Part shown: positions 25,430 through 39,512 of the stretch, one piece after another
Layout of the letters: each line of letters begins with the position of its first letter
How positions within the stretch are numbered: the stretch's first letter is position 1
Source of the DNA: Lama glama
Taxonomy: Eukaryota
Length of the DNA: 64,000 nt
NCBI GenBank assembly: GCA_028534125.1
Contig: CM052816.1
Coordinates: 12,836,001 to 12,900,000 of the forward strand
Direction of reading: 5' to 3'
The notes under the pieces: model-generated
Seen by the model: only the letters and a program-made list of their open reading frames with translations
What the model was told of the DNA's origin: nothing
The model's database searches: none
Made by a program: the position numbers and the translations under genes

Positions 25430-25750
25430 CATTTATTTACCCACTCAGCTGTGCCAGGCACTGGTCTAGGCGCTGGGGCTTCAAGTCAAGCGAGATGTTC
25501 GCTCTTACAGGGTATATTTTCTATCACAGGGTGACAAATAATAATACTCAAATGATACAAGAAAACTGTGCTACAAAGAAAATGGAACGATGTTAGGGCT
25601 AGACAGTGCCTGGGGGTTACTTCAGAGACTGATCAAAAGTGTCCCCCAAGGGGAAAGGACTTTAAAGCAGAGACATAAAGGTTAAGAAAAAGTCTGGAAT
25701 CTGGTGTCTTTTGTGGATAGGAAGCAGCACGCACCAAGGGCTGAAGGAAG
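25430..25750 (-). mobile_element. L2 fragment
   Basis: 'atttatttacccactcagctgtgccaggcactggtctaggcgctgggg'. Confidence 0.7.
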
Positions 25751-27069
25751 TAACAGATAGTTCCTTTCACCCTGAATATGATTCCTCCACAGAAACCCCT
25801 TACGTCATCAGACCTGAGAGGGTCTCTGAAGTTTAGGGGAGTACATGGTTTTATAATTACTCATACCTTCCCACTACTCTCGTTAAGTCTTCAAAGGGTC
25901 CAAGGGGCCAAAGATGACATTATGACAACAATAAAGAAAATGTGGTAAGGAGTGTTAAAAAGTCATCACAGAACTGACTATTCCTTCTCCTCCTGTTTGT
26001 GCTAGTTTCCAAGAATATTTCTGTGATTAGAGAATTTTGAGTGTGTCTGCAACAAATAGAGGCTTCACTTCCCAAATGTGTATGTGAAACCAGCACGCCA
26101 GGTGGATACACACAAGTGTGCACACGTGTGCCAAATAGTAAGGTTTCTATTCCATTAAAACATAATATAAAGATTGGATGTTCATCTCTCTTCCCCACTG
26201 GCCTCATTTCTGTCCCACTCCTGCTCTATCTCTTTATAGTTTTGTATTAAATAAGGACTAAGGATCTTGGAAGGGAACAAAGATGAGATTGATGGGTGGG
26301 AGAGTAAGCAGGGTTGTTACTGGAAAAATTGATGAGGGTCAGTTATAGTGCATCCAATGACTCCTTTAAAACAACTTGCAAATGTCATAACTCCATGCTC
26401 TTTTCTTGATAAAGTCAGTGGAAATATACTCCCACAAAGAAAATTTAGGAACCTGGGTAGAGAAGAAAAAAATGCATATATACTTCATTTAATGTAGTAA
26501 CTGACTCACTAGTTCCAATGCCCCTCTAGTCTAATGCTATTCAGTCTTACTTAGAAAATCCAAATGTTGTAGACCTCAGTTATTAACAGGACAGCCACCA
26601 GATATAGCATTGGATTGCCTCGGGAAAACATGAATCACTAGATACTGGTCACCACAATAAGCTTCACACAAAGCCACGGGCAGCCAGCTCTAGAACACAT
26701 AGAGTGATGGCATGTTTGAGTTTGAAGCATCCTTTGAGAATATCTTTGGACAATCCTTTATTTTATGGATATCTGTAAAATAAAGATCTAGCCAACGTGC
26801 CCAATGTCTACTTGGGTGGAACTGAGAATTCATCCGAGGGAAAACCTACACATATCAACCAGCACGGTTTCATGAGATGTTCCAAAATCTTCAAGCTCTT
26901 CTGCTTCATTTCTTACTACCAAAACGACTGTCCTGACAAACTGAACTATTACCAGGAGCTGAGTCACTTGGTCACCCTAGGAGAAGTACATTTATGGCAC
27001 TATGTTGTAATCAGAGTCAGTTTCTCCCCTTTCTCTAACCTGAACCATGAAAAAGCTTCATCTATAGTG

Positions 27070-27547
27070 ATGTCTGTTCCCATCCCTTTGCAGGATTTTC
27101 TGTGCTTTCCCTTCTACATCCCCCTTCCACCCTTTCCCCACTCTGTGCCCCAGAAAATTGACCTCTGTTCACTGCAGCAGCCAGATTTCCCTGCCCTCAG
27201 GTGCTGTTGGCTAAGACAGTGGGTATTAGCAGGAGATAAAGGAGTTGGGAGATGGAGAAATGTTGGAGTGTTTCGTTCTCTGGTTTCTCGCCTGTGGCCT
27301 GGGCCACAGCGCCCGTGGGAAGGAGCATTGCTTGCACTGCAGCTGCGCCTCTCTCTGGGCTCCTGTAGCTGCCTCCTCCCCTTCCCCCTTCTGGTGTGAG
27401 AGGATAAGAGCCTGTTTTTGCTCCTGCTAGCCTAGCAAGCTCCATTCTTGCTTTTCCTTAAACTCTCCCCTGCATTTGTAAACAGTCCCTTTGTTAAAGG
27501 CTCTTTAATTACCCCATCTGTTTCCTATTAGAATCTTGACTGATACA
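27070..27547 (+). mobile_element. ERVL LTR33-like solo LTR
   Basis: 'ccctttccccactctgtgccccagaaaattgacctctg...' ending 'ccatctgtttcctattagaatcttgactgataca'. Confidence 0.65.
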
Positions 27548-29099
27548 CTGTTGTTGAGCTCCTGCTATTAATTCACTCCCTCCTGGCCCAGAGCAGGTGC
27601 ATGGTTTAGTCAGGACAGAAACTCCTCTGGGTATTTCAAACTGCAAGGGACTGAGCATAGTGATTTACAGATAGCTTAGAAGAACTTGGGAAGGAAGGTT
27701 AGGAAAAACCTGGCAGGCTTTGCTAAGGTCAGAATGCTCAGAAATTTCACAAAACAGTAGCCAACACTCCCAGCAGCATCTAAGGGGAAGAATCACTTGG
27801 GGCGGCCCCCGAAGCTGATGCAAACCTCAAGTCGGCCAACAAGTGCCGAGCTGCTGCAGGAGGAGACAGTACCTTCCCGGCTCGTCCACTTTCTGAATCT
27901 CACACAGGGCTTCTCACCTAGAATCCTCCTTTTAAGGGACTTCAGAGAATGTTTCACCTCGTCCCGCCCCCGACCTCTTTCCGTGGGATCCAGGGAGTAC
28001 AGACAGGGAAGAAAAGGATGCTGAGCTGGCAGGAAAGAATCCACACTACGAGCGCTCGGGAAATACTGGACTCATCTCAGAAAACTTCCTTATCCTCCTG
28101 GTACCTCAGTTTCCTCTTCCTTAAGCTGAGGTATAATCTAGTGCCCACCTCCAGTGTCAGAGGGCAGACTGAATGAGTAATACATGTAACATACGTCTAC
28201 ATGAGTGACAAGGAGCCAGAGTTCGTCACTTTCTTGTGTGTCATGCATCCCCTTGGCCACTGGGTAAAGCCTATACAGATCTCTCTTCTCAGAAAGAAAA
28301 TGTCTGAAATTCAAAGTCATAAAAAGGATTCAAAGGAAGTCAATTAGGTTTCAATACAATAACCAAACTGTTTTTTCAACTGTGATACAGTACATTAAAT
28401 AACAAAACGTAGCAGCAGGTCTGGTGGCTACCAACAATTTCAAAGAAGCGCTCAGCATAAATGATGTTCCACTTAAAACATCTGAAACGTAGTGTGAAAT
28501 TATCCAAACTCTTGTTGGTGACTGAATCATAGGCACTGCCTCCACGACTGGAATTTGTCGCCTGCATCTGTAACTGAATGGAACGCTAAATTTCAGCAAG
28601 GCAAGGGGAAACAAGGTATAACTGACTTTCCATCTGCATTCACAAGAGTGAATTTGGAGATTTGGAGCACTCGATGCTCCCTACAGAAACTGCGGGACTT
28701 CTCAGGGAGCTGGAGTGTGGCACAGAACACTCATCAACTCACCTCTCTTTGGGGCTTCCAGGCACAAGTTCTCCTAAGGACGTGGCATGGCAATCAGCCC
28801 TCCCTCTTTCCCTACTTCCAACAGTTTTCTTCCCCACACAACAAACTTCCCTCCCGCGGAGGGGAGCATCACTTAATACCCCAGCTACCAGCTATAAAAA
28901 CCCTTGGGCTGCATCCACATCATAGGAAAACACTTGGAGACAAATGGGAACGTGATACAATGTTAAACCCTGAGGCAAAGAGAGAACCAGCCAGAGCAGA
29001 AGCAGATCCAGGGACTCCCACCCGGGGCGAGTCCCCACACGGTGCTGCGTGGAGGTTGACAGTGACAGTAGGATTGCACGGGGAGCAGCCCAGGCTTGC

Positions 29100-29305
29100 G
29101 TGGCCGACACATTCGAGTGCAGCTCTGGCTCTGCCCCCGACTAACTCTGCCTCAGGGCAGATGACTTCATGTCTCCAAGCCTCAGTCCCCACCTGCAAAA
29201 CTGAGATAATAATAGTACCAACCCCACAGGGTAACCGTGAGGATTAAGTCAGGTAAGCCACACAAAAGAATTTAGCACCGTGACTGACACAGAGTAAGTG
29301 TTCAG
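29100..29305 (+). mobile_element. MIR SINE
   Basis: 'gcctcagtccccacctgcaaaactgagataataatagtacc...gtgaggattaag...ttagcaccgtgactgacacagagtaagtgttca'. Confidence 0.85.
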
Positions 29306-30650
29306 TTCATGCAGGCTTTTAGAAGTAGCGCTGCTATGCAAATTCTTCTCTTCTGTGCTGTTGATCGGGTTCTGCAGCCAAAGCATCAGATGTGGCTTAT
29401 CACCTGTACAAACACACTGCGATTTAAATTACAACCCCGATTCCACCGAAGGGAATCAAGAGGCAGGCTCGCGCTGCCTCAAATACCATGATATCAAAGG
29501 AGAACCTATGGGTGTCCCTTGCAGAAGAGCAGAGTGTCTCACCAAAGTAAAGGCCCTTTGCAATACTCCAGGCGCTGGGCTGAGCTGACTTCATTTTTGC
29601 TCTGCATTAGACCTGGGAAATGCTGTCATGACTGTCGGCTTTGTAAATAGGGCCCGATCTACTGCCAAACTCCAAAATGAGATGCGGTAGCTTTACCCCA
29701 GCTGTTCACTTCGGTTAGCGCATGTCAGTGCAAGTGAGGTCTATTACGGTTCGGTGATTTTCCATCTCTTGTCAGTCAGCACAGCCTTCTGCTTCCCTCC
29801 CCCTCTTGGCTCCTGGACTTCCTAAAGAATTTCTTACCACGTTGCTCCGTTTCTGTTTCCCTGGTGCCTCCCTTCACATTTTCCCTTTGAATGTTTTATC
29901 AAAAACTGGCAACAAGTTTGAACAGTGGCCAGAACATGAAAGACACACGAACTTGGGAACAGAAAAATACACACACAGATCCCACCCCCCCAAAATAGAG
30001 TTTCAAGCCTAGACCTTTAACCCCTAAGAAACTGTCATTTACTTTCCCAGATTAATCAAGCTGATAAGTCTACCATCTTCCCAGATAAAAATTTGTAGTC
30101 CAAAACATATTCCAAAATAAATTCCTAGATGAGGCAAGATATTTACAAAGTAAGGCCAGGTGGTATCGAGTGGCATGTGAGGGCCTTTGTCTTGTGTGCA
30201 TGTAGAGGCTTAGAGCTCACTTTGAAATGACACGGGTGACTGCTGGGGAGACAAGGGGCCCCATCACATGGCAGCACCCCGAAGTTGCAAGAGGGTAAGG
30301 CTAAGAAAGTTTTGTTCACAGAGGAAGCGAGTATGGTCTGGAGGCTTCCATATTCCCACAGAGAACCAAACATTTACATAGGATGATTGTGTAAGTTTTG
30401 AGTTCCTTTTTACTTTCCCCTTTCATGGCTTCTGTTAAGTTGAAATTATTTGAGCTGGTTTGGAGAACTGAAGCTGGGAGAAATGGCGAGCTGTCTGAAG
30501 TCACATCCTAGAGAGGGTGGAGTCACGTCAGTTTCTTTACGGTTTAGTTAGTGCGAGGAGAAAGTGAAAATCCTGTTGGATTTAATTAGCCTGGATAGTT
30601 GTATAATTCAGTCAAACCACTTTCCCAGAGCCTCAGCCTACAGCAGTTTG

Positions 30651-30652
<2 letters not shown>

Positions 30653-30694
<42 letters not shown>
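30653..30694 (+). repeat. (TG)n microsatellite (about 21 units)
   Basis: Read directly. Confidence 0.97.
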
Positions 30695-30695
<1 letters not shown>

Positions 30696-31219
30696 CAGAA
30701 GGAAGTCCATCAGGACACAAAAGCCTTGGACCCGTCCTCACTCACACAGCCGTTTCCCCAACAGCAGAGCAGACACTGAATTTGGATTTATTCCTGGGAT
30801 TCCTCTAGCTTAGTTCTCCAAACAGATGTTATCTGTCAGTTCAGATTGGCCCGCATGAGGTAAACCTATTTGCTATTCCTAACGTGTGCAGTGTTCTTTC
30901 CCACACCGCTGATACATCCAACTGTAAAGGGGAAAAACATCTTTAAAAAAGGAACTACGTTAAGCTCTATGTATGCTTTTTCTTCCATCATTTTAAAAAC
31001 AGTAGTGGTGCTAAAGGACCACATATTTGTCCTTGAGACAGTTATCTGTACTTAAGGACAGGTAACTGTCTAAATAACCTGTCTTTCCATCAGCCATGGA
31101 TTGGCCGCCATCATGTTTTTGGAATCTTAACTATAAACTAGAGAGGGAGCCTCTCTCCCTTTCCCATATGATTTCAGCGTCTCTGCCTAACGGGATAAGG
31201 CAGCGTAGGAGGTACACTA

Positions 31220-32065
31220 AATGACTGTTTACTGAACACCCACTCTATGTTGGGACCCCTTTTAGGAGTTGGAAATACAGCAGTGAACAAGATGAGATCT
31301 CTTTTCTGCAATGGCTTACATTCCAAAGGAACAAAGCAGACAATAGCCAAGGAAAAAAAGAAACATGCAAGATAACTGCAGTTCCTGAAAGGTGCTGTGG
31401 ACAAAATAAACCACCACCAGCAGTTTGTCACTCTTTACAGACCATCCCTAGGAAATCAGCAAGGAGTGGCTTCACCTGACAGACTCCTTCACTTCTGCTG
31501 TATTTGAAGTCTGTTTAGTGAGAATCAGAGCCTCCTCAGCTTAAAGATGGTGTTCAAGCTCCTCTTCACAGACCACCTTTAACTGTTGGCAAGAGATGGC
31601 TTTACCAGACTCTTTAACTTCTTCTACATTTGAAGTACAGTTAGCCAGAGTCATCAGCAAAGAAATGTAAATTGTTCTTAAAAAAAACAGAAAGGAAACA
31701 GGGAGTACATCACAGAGTGTGCTTCGACCTCTTCGAGGAGATACTTGAACTGAGACCTCGATGGTGAGAAGGGACCATTCATTGAAGATCTTGGCGCACA
31801 TCTTTCCAGGCATACAGCGTACACAGAACGGGAGAGGCGCAGGCGGACGCTGAGCAAGCCTGACATGTTCAAGGACAAGGAAGAAGGCCACGGCGACGGG
31901 AGCTGAGTAAGTAAGGAGGGAACATGCAAGGTTAAGCCAAAGGGGTGGCAGGGCTGGATTATTTTGGTGCCTTGAAGTAAGCTGTGGTAAAGAACTTGAA
32001 TTTATTTTAAGATCACGTTCAGGTCATTGGAGGGCTGTCAGTAAAAGAGATGTGAACTGACGTGT
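31220..32065 (-). mobile_element. L2 LINE fragments (interrupted)
   Basis: 'tgtttactgaacacccactctatg...gaaatacagcagtgaacaaga' and 'catgttcaaggacaaggaagaaggcc...ggtaaagaacttgaatttattttaag...cattggaggg'. Confidence 0.7.
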
Positions 32066-34429
32066 GTGTCTGAGAAGCCGGTAGGAGTAAAGCACGGCTG
32101 CTGCCCTCAAGGAGCTGATAAACCACACCATTAGTCATGATCCAGGGCAGTCACTGAAGGATGAGTTGCAAATGCTGAGTACTGATTGTATGCAGATGGC
32201 TCTAGGAGCCTCCAGGACCTAACTGGTAAACGGTGTTCCTATCTGTACCAAATGTATATAGTCTGGTACCTGGAGGTTAGCATTAAAGGGTAAACTGAGC
32301 TGGAATCTTTGAATTCAAGGGGAAGTGTTCATCATTTTTATTTTCCATTTGGAATGCAGTCACTAATGTTCATAAAGGACAATGCGGTCTTTCAGTTCCT
32401 TCAGAAAGGGCTTGTGTGGTGCAAGTCTTGACATTCACTCTTTCATCTTTTTGATTGGTGGAAAAGGGGACGCATAATCACCTGAGAATTCTGTGCTCAG
32501 AGCGACCCCTCTTCTTTTGTGTTTGCTGATGGGGCATCGGAAGAGGAATGTTTAACAATTTTAAATCTACTCAGTAAAAAGTAAGGTCATTACCGATGCA
32601 CTGCCCCTCCTCCGGGGGATTGAAATGGCTCCAGGAGCAGCGTTGCTGGTCAGGATCTCTGAGTTCCCAAGGTTGCTCTGTGACCTTCAGCAAACCTTTT
32701 CGAGTTGGGGGTTGCCCTTGGAACACATAGCCGCAGTTAGGAGTTGACGTAGACTGTCTAAACTCTCCAACGTTGCTTTTACTTCTACTGATTTGCTAAA
32801 CCCTCTGCACGTGTATTGGCTTTAAAGTCCACTGTATTGGTGATGATCCTGTGCCTGAAACAGGATAGAGGGTGATTGAATTTGAGAATCTTTGCTATCC
32901 TGGGCTTGAGAGGAGGAACTATGTAGTGTCCTCCGTGGGGCTTTGGGAGCGTCATAAAGGGGAGGCAGATAGTGCTGGCATCAAATAGTTGTGGTTTTCA
33001 TGAACGTTGTTAATTTGCTCTGAATGTTTGAATACTGAGAGGCTGAAAAAGGAATATAAGGCCTGATTCGGAGGACTCATAATCCATCTTAGAAGGTAGG
33101 ACACACACATCTGAGAAGTGAAATAATACAGTGATTAATAATAATAATAATAAGGTGAGTAATGTGATATGTCACTAGGAGGCACACGATTAATTTGTAA
33201 ATGAAGAGGATATGGAGCTAAATAAATGCAGGAAAAACTGAGCTCATAACTTCTGATGGATGTGTTCATTTATTTTTCTAATTTATTCGATCGTTGACAA
33301 ATAGTTATTGCATGCCTGCTTTGTTCGGAGCTCTGGTCGGTGCTGGTGAGGAATTGGTGAGCGACACGGACGTGTTGCTGGATTTGGGATCAGCCACTAG
33401 AATCTGCGGAAGGGGCTCATAGGTGCTGGTGTGTTGGCTTTCTCCTCTCTCCTGTTCACCACCAGGATGATGTGCGTAGGGCAAACTGAACTTAGGACAT
33501 CAGAATTCCCTGTGACTTCTCCCAAGATCTGCAGAATTAGAGAACTAACCAGTCATCCCCTACCTGTTATCTTTCTGCAGTGTTCTGTGCAGAGATTGCA
33601 CATCCTCAGTCTGAATGCTTCTGAGGACAAAGAGTTACTTGGTGGGGCATCCATTTCCACTGTTACATGGCTGTAGGGGTCATCCTGGCTTCTTACAGGA
33701 ACCGACTCTGTTCTCTGCCCCTTTCACACTGTCTTCTGTCCCTTAATAGGGAAAGCTGTAGTCACTTGCCCCGAAGGAAACTTTGTAGACCTCCTTCTCT
33801 TCTGGGACCAAAGAGACAATTAAAAACTGTAATATAAAAGAAAGACCAGAATCTTAAAGATAAATAATTGAATCCAGCTACTTCATTACCTTTTAACATC
33901 CATGATTATGTAGTGGGTAGGGTTTAGGCAGACTGTTTCAAGCTTCCTTTAGCTCTGTTTGTTCATTTAGCAATGACGCTACCTCATTCTTTGTGTATCA
34001 CACAAGGGTGTGTTTAATAAATAAAACATAAAGACAAATTCCCAGACTTGAAAGTAAGTTTGACTCTCAGAAGCTGTTTCCTGGAATTTTGTCATAGATT
34101 TTGCTCTCATTAGCTCAATTAGGATGATCTGGCAGTTATTAAAAGTGATTCTTTGCATAGTGATTTTCTAGTGAGCCATGTTTCCCGCTTCATAATGACC
34201 TTTCTGGGTCCATGAAATACTTTCAGAAATTCTTCATCTTGCACCACTTAGCTTTACATCCTGTGGTGACTTCCACATCAAAGCACTCTTGCATTCTTGA
34301 ATTTAGCGTCTGTTATCCACTGACCCGGGATCTAGTGGCTAACAATTCCCATCATTACAGGGGACAGATACCCAGATCAGGTGGCTCGGGGCCTGGACTG
34401 GCTCTCATGACGTGCATGTGCAGGCTGTA

Positions 34430-34887
34430 GGCACAGCCGCTCAGCGGGGGCCACACCATGTCCTTAGGACTTGGTCTCCCTTCATCTCTCGGTTGACCTT
34501 CCTCTGGGCTGGCTCTGTTCTCAGACAGGCTTCCTTCATGGAAGTGAGGTGATGACCAGCATTTCCAGGCCTACCTTGTCCTTCCGAGGGTGCCAGAGGA
34601 GAGAGCCGCTGCCCTAAACTTCCACCAAAGTCCTGTAATCAAATCCCACTGGCCTAGTTGGACCATATGCCCATTTCTAGGCAAGTTCCAGACTGTTCCG
34701 GGGGTGAACCGTGCTGATTGGCCAGGCCTGAGCCACAAAGTCACTCTGGGGCAGGGTTTGGGGGAGAAATGGGGTCATCTCCCTGAATCTAGTAACCTCT
34801 TGGGTAGAATGTGAGAAGGAACAGGTTCTGGAAGAAAACTGGGGAGTTGGATGCTTGGCAGGCAAAAACAGTAAGATGTCTTCTATA
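34430..34887 (-). mobile_element. MLT1K-like MaLR LTR
   Basis: 'ctgttctcagacaggctt...gtgctgattggccaggcctgagccac...ggatgcttggcaggcaaaaacagtaagatgtcttctata'. Confidence 0.65.
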
Positions 34888-35069
34888 GAAACATTTTGCT
34901 AAAGTAAGTTTGCATAATTTTTGAATCAGAAAAGAGAGTCTTTCGGGTGGAGAAATTAAATGAGCATTGATCTTTGTATTTATCTAGTTAGTGGCAGAAC
35001 CGAGGACAGAATCCAGGTCTTCTGACTTCTAGTGAGTCGACCCGTCATAAATGATGTTTTCCTTTTTAA

Positions 35070-35199
35070 AGTCAGTCGCACAATTTTGTGGGGTCCAGCA
35101 CAAAATGAAAGCGTGAAGCACCTTGTTCAAAAATTTAAGACGGCCGCGGCACAGCATTAAACCAAGTGCACAGATCACACTCCCACCATGCCAGCCCTG
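35070..35199 (+). mobile_element. MER45A-like hAT-Tip100 element
   Basis: 'caattttgtggggtccagcacaaaatgaaagcg...ccttgttcaaaaatttaagacggc...cagcattaaaccaagtgc...ccatgccagccctg'. Confidence 0.75.
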
Positions 35200-35611
35200 G
35201 CCCGCCGACACCACTCCTCGTATGCGGGCCACGGTATTTGGCACAATACACGTGTTCAAAGAACTAGAAGACATTACCTTCAGTTCCATTCCACCCAGCT
35301 TTCAGTCTAATTTGGCGATGGAAGAGCTGCCCGGACACAGACAAAGATAAAATGGGTTTAGAGCGTACCTACAGCTGGGCTCTCTTTTATGACAACAGAT
35401 GTGCAGATCACAGGAGGGAATCCTATCCTCGCTAAATAAAAATTCCAAAAAGAGGAGATAGTTCCACTCTATGTTGATCAGGTCCCATATCTACTACTGG
35501 ATTATGTTCTAGCTGCCGTAGCCCTTAAAGACATTCTAAAAAGCTGTGAAATGGTGCCATTTGTCCATAGTGACAGGGTTTTGTTTTTTTCTGCTCTTGT
35601 GTGTAAGCATC

Positions 35612-35996
35612 CATTATAGACTGAACGGTGTTCCCCCAGCATTTAGATACTGAAGTCCTAACCCCCGGTGTGACTGTATTTGGCACTAGGGCCTTGAAGG
35701 AGCCAGTTAAGGTTAAATGAGGTCATAACAGCAGGGCCTCAATCCAGTAGAACTGGTGTCCTTATAAGAAGAGGAAGAGACACCAGGAGCATGGACTCAC
35801 AACGAAAGGCCATGTGAGGACACAGCCAGAAGGTATCTGTCTGCAAGCCAGGAGGAGAGGCCGCAGGAGAAGCCCGCCCTGCCGGCGTGGCTTGGTCTTG
35901 GACTTCCGGCCTCTAGAACTGTGAGAAAATGAATTCTGTTGTTTAAGACTCTCAGTCTACGGTGTTCTGTTATGGTGGCCCTAACAGACTAATACA
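35612..35996 (+). mobile_element. MLT1A-type MaLR solo LTR
   Basis: Full-length MLT1A motifs ('ggttaaatgaggtcata...aactggtgtccttataagaagagga...ctagaactgtgagaaaat...gactaataca') with a perfect 5-bp TSD GCATC (35607-35611 and 35997-36001). Confidence 0.92.
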
Positions 35997-36059
35997 GCAT
36001 CTGATAAATACCTATTTAATGAATAGGAGGAATACTTAGAGAAACCAAGTAACCTGGAG

Positions 36060-36210
36060 AAGATTTAGAAGAAAAATTAGAATGAAGTATAGGAGAAGGA
36101 TGTGTTTTGTATGTCCCTAGAGAGAAGACTTAAGACCAATAATTGGAAGTTATAGAAAAATGGGCATTGGAGCCACATAAGGAAGACATTCAACAGCTAG
36201 ACTTCATTAT
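36060..36210 (+). mobile_element. CR1/L3 LINE fragment
   Basis: 'gacttaagaccaataattggaagttatagaaa...cataaggaagacattcaacagctaga' resembles the L3 3' region. Confidence 0.5.
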
Positions 36211-36832
36211 AATTCCCCCATGGAGAACATTACCACAGGCTCCTAGAGTTTACTAGCCCATCAGAGGCGGTCCAGGTGCAGAGAGAACACCAGTGAGAGG
36301 AGACGTTAGCAAAAAGCTCAAAGTACAGGCTTTTTCAGAAAGAAAGTGGAGGGCGAGATTTGCCCCACAAGCTTGGTTACTGCGAGAGGTCCTAGGGAGT
36401 GGGTACTATCTGAAATTCAGGGAGAAAAAGTAAAATTTGTGTGTTTCTTAACAGAATAGTAGGTTTTTGCCAATGAAATTGTCAGAGCTGAGACTTGCCT
36501 GTTTAAAACTGTGGCTTAATGTGAACTAATTACAAGGCAAGTTTTTAGAAAGTATATCTCAAGCGCTTGACAGAGTTTAGCTATTCCTTTGCTCTATATT
36601 TGGCAGTTTTATTAATCGTAACTGAAGAGAACTCATTGTACCGCATTGATGTAAGTGTATTTCTGTAAACACGCACATGCGATTGGGAAAGTTCCATGAG
36701 GTTACTCAGGGGTTAATCCTAAAACCCGAGCCTACACGGCTGTGTTGTCAGAGGAAGCAGCATCAGGTCATGGGTGTTGGCAAACGGAGCAGAGGATACA
36801 GTCTAGAGGGAAAAATCAGTTCATTTCCTTTA

Positions 36833-38205
36833 TTTTTTTAAATTTAAGTATAGTTGATTTGCAATATTACATTAGTTTCAGATGTATAGCACTGTGATTC
36901 ATTATTTTCACAGATTATATTCTATTAAAAGTTGTTACAAAGTAACGGCTCTATTTCCCCATGTGTGCAATGTATCCTTGTTGCTGATCTGTTTTATACA
37001 TAGTAGTTTATATCTCTTAATCCCATCTCTCCCCTCCCTCTTCCCCTTTCCTCTTTGGTAACCACTAGTTTGTTTTCTGTGTCTGTGAATCTGCTTCTGT
37101 TTTGCATATACATTTTTGTATTTTTTTTTTTTTAGATTTTAGAAAAATTTTGTCTTTCTCTGACTTATTTCACTAAGCATAGTATTTTCTAGGTCCATCT
37201 ATGTTGCTGCAAATGGCAGGATTTCATATATATGTGTGTGTGTATATATCACATCTTCTTTATCTGTTCATCTATTGATGGGCTCTTGGATTGCTTTTGT
37301 AACTTGGGTATTATAAATTGTGTTGCTATGTACATTGGGGTGCATGTATCTTTTTGAATTAGTGTTTTAATTTTTTTCCTTACATATACCCAGGAGTGGA
37401 AATGCTGGATCATATGGTAATTCTATTTTTAGTTTTGTACTTCCATACTGTTCTCCGTAGTGGCTGCACCGATTAACATTCCCAACAAGAGTGAACAAGA
37501 GTTTCCTTTTCTCTACATCCTCTCTGACATTTGTTATGTGTAGACTTTTTGATGACAGCCATTCTGACAGGTGGGAGGTGATTTCTCATTGCTGTTTTCA
37601 TTTGCATTTATCTGATGATTTGCGACGTTGAGCATCTCTTCATGTGCCTGTCAGCCATCTGTATGTCTTCTTTGGAAAAATGTCTATTTAGGTTTTCTGC
37701 CCATTTATTGATTGGGTTGTTTGTTTTTTTTGATACTGAGTTGGATGAGCTATTTGTATATTTTGGATTTTAACCCTTTGTCGGTCACGTTACTTGCAAA
37801 TATCTTCTCCCATTCCATAGGTTTTTTTCATTTTGTCCATGATATCCTTTGCTGTGCAAAAGCTTTTCAATTTAATTAGGTCCCATTTATTTTTGCTTTT
37901 ATTTCTTTTGCCTTAGGAGACATGTTCGGAAAAATATTGCTACGGTTAATGTCAAAGAGTGTTCTGCCTATGTTCTCTTCTAGGACTTTTATGGTTTTGG
38001 GTCTTAATTTAGGTCTTTAATCCATTTTGAGGTGTTTGAATGTGTGTGTATAATGTGAGGTAGTGTTCTAATCTCATTGCTTTACAGGTAGCTGTCCAGT
38101 TTTCCCAGCATCATGTACCGAAGAGACTATCCTTTCTCCATTGTATTTTCTTGCCTCCTTTGCCATAGAGTAATTGACCACAGGTGTGTGGGTTTAGGTC
38201 TGGGT
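36833..38205 (-). mobile_element. 5'-truncated L1 (3'UTR plus ORF2 C-terminal region)
   Basis: Antisense L1 text throughout ('ggtccatctatgttgctgcaaatggc', 'ttagtgtttt...cccaggagtggaaatgctggatcatatgg', 'gtccagttttcccagca'). Degenerate TSD TCAG(T/C)TCATTT..TTTA at about 36816 and 38206. Confidence 0.92.
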
Positions 38206-38444
38206 TCAGCTCATTTGTTTAGAATCTCTTTCAACCATTAATTAACGATATGAAAATTTCACACTGCCATCACTGATGAGTGAGGGAGGAAACCAGCTAC
38301 AAGAGCATGAAGCATAGCAAATCATTTCAGGTGAGGCTAGGATTTACCCTGTCAGTCATGTAGGTTAGTCCCAGTTTTGCTTAGTTCACAAAGTACAACT
38401 AACCAGCCTTCTGTTTTTTTCTAACGGTCTGTTAGTCCCCTAGG

Positions 38445-38692
38445 GCAGGGCTATCCAGTAGATAATGTGAACTGCATATGTAATTTTAATATTAAAAGAT
38501 AAACAGGTGACAAATATTTTATGCAATCCAACATATCAAAAATACTGCCATTTAAATATGGAAGATGAAAAATTCAAATAAGATATTCTATATATATATT
38601 TTTTTGTCCAAATCTTAGAAATCTTGGACTGGCCTCATTTTAAGTGCTCAATAGCCACGTGTGGCCAGTGACTACTATGTTGGAAAGCACAG
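38445..38692. mobile_element. MER33-like hAT-Charlie element
   Basis: 'ttttaagtgctcaatagccacgtgtggccagtgactactatgttggaaagcacag' terminus. Confidence 0.75.
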
Positions 38693-39512
38693 AATAAGAG
38701 CAGTGAGTTCCAAACTTGTTTTATGGTACATGCTTATTAGGAAAAAAAAAGTGAATATGCATCTCGACATATGCATGTGTATTATGTGCATTTCTTTGGA
38801 AATTGTATACATTTTCTATATGTTTAGAAAGCACATCTTAGTATTGTTTTTCATTTGTGTCTCATTTGATTTGTATTTTTGTATATTTTAGAGTGTATAT
38901 AATATTTGTAACATAACTCATGTGCACTTTCTAGAGAAATAAATAATGTATGTGTGTGTGTGTATGTACAAATATATATGGATGCATGTTCGTTTTTTCC
39001 CCTAATAGACACATCTTAAAATCTTTCACTTATTAGTAGTTCCAAAATTTTTGTCTTAGTATCATAACTATCATTAAATAACTACTGTCATAAATATCAT
39101 AACTATCATTATCAGTAAATACAATGTGATAAAATAAGCTTTATTATATATGAAAATCTTGATTTAACATTTGTAACACTTAATTCAGCAACTCAAAGAT
39201 CTGTCACTATGATCAGTTCGTTTCGATTCTTGGCTTTAATGTCTGTCAAAGCTGAAAAAAATGGTATCTCTCAAAGATAAACAGATCTAAATTAGAGAAG
39301 TGCATTATTGGTCATGCTTGAAATCATGATATTAATTTTTTATCCTATGCACCAATTATGCAAAAGTCTTTGCAATAATTCAGCATGTAGGTTTTCACTT
39401 CTCTGATGTCAGTTAATGGTTCTTTTAGTTGCATTCTTGAATTTTTAATAAATGGGGTCAAAGTCCACTGAAACTGTGTATTATGAAACTTTGCAAAGTG
39501 ACTGGAAAATAC

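Noticed and set aside
26797..27399. 200-aa ORF
   Set aside because: GTG start, runs through an LTR33-like element, no protein-like features.
28555..29247. Longest ORF (230 aa)
   Set aside because: Non-ATG start, no recognisable domain, and the 3' part translates a MIR ('ASVPTCKTEIIIVPT').
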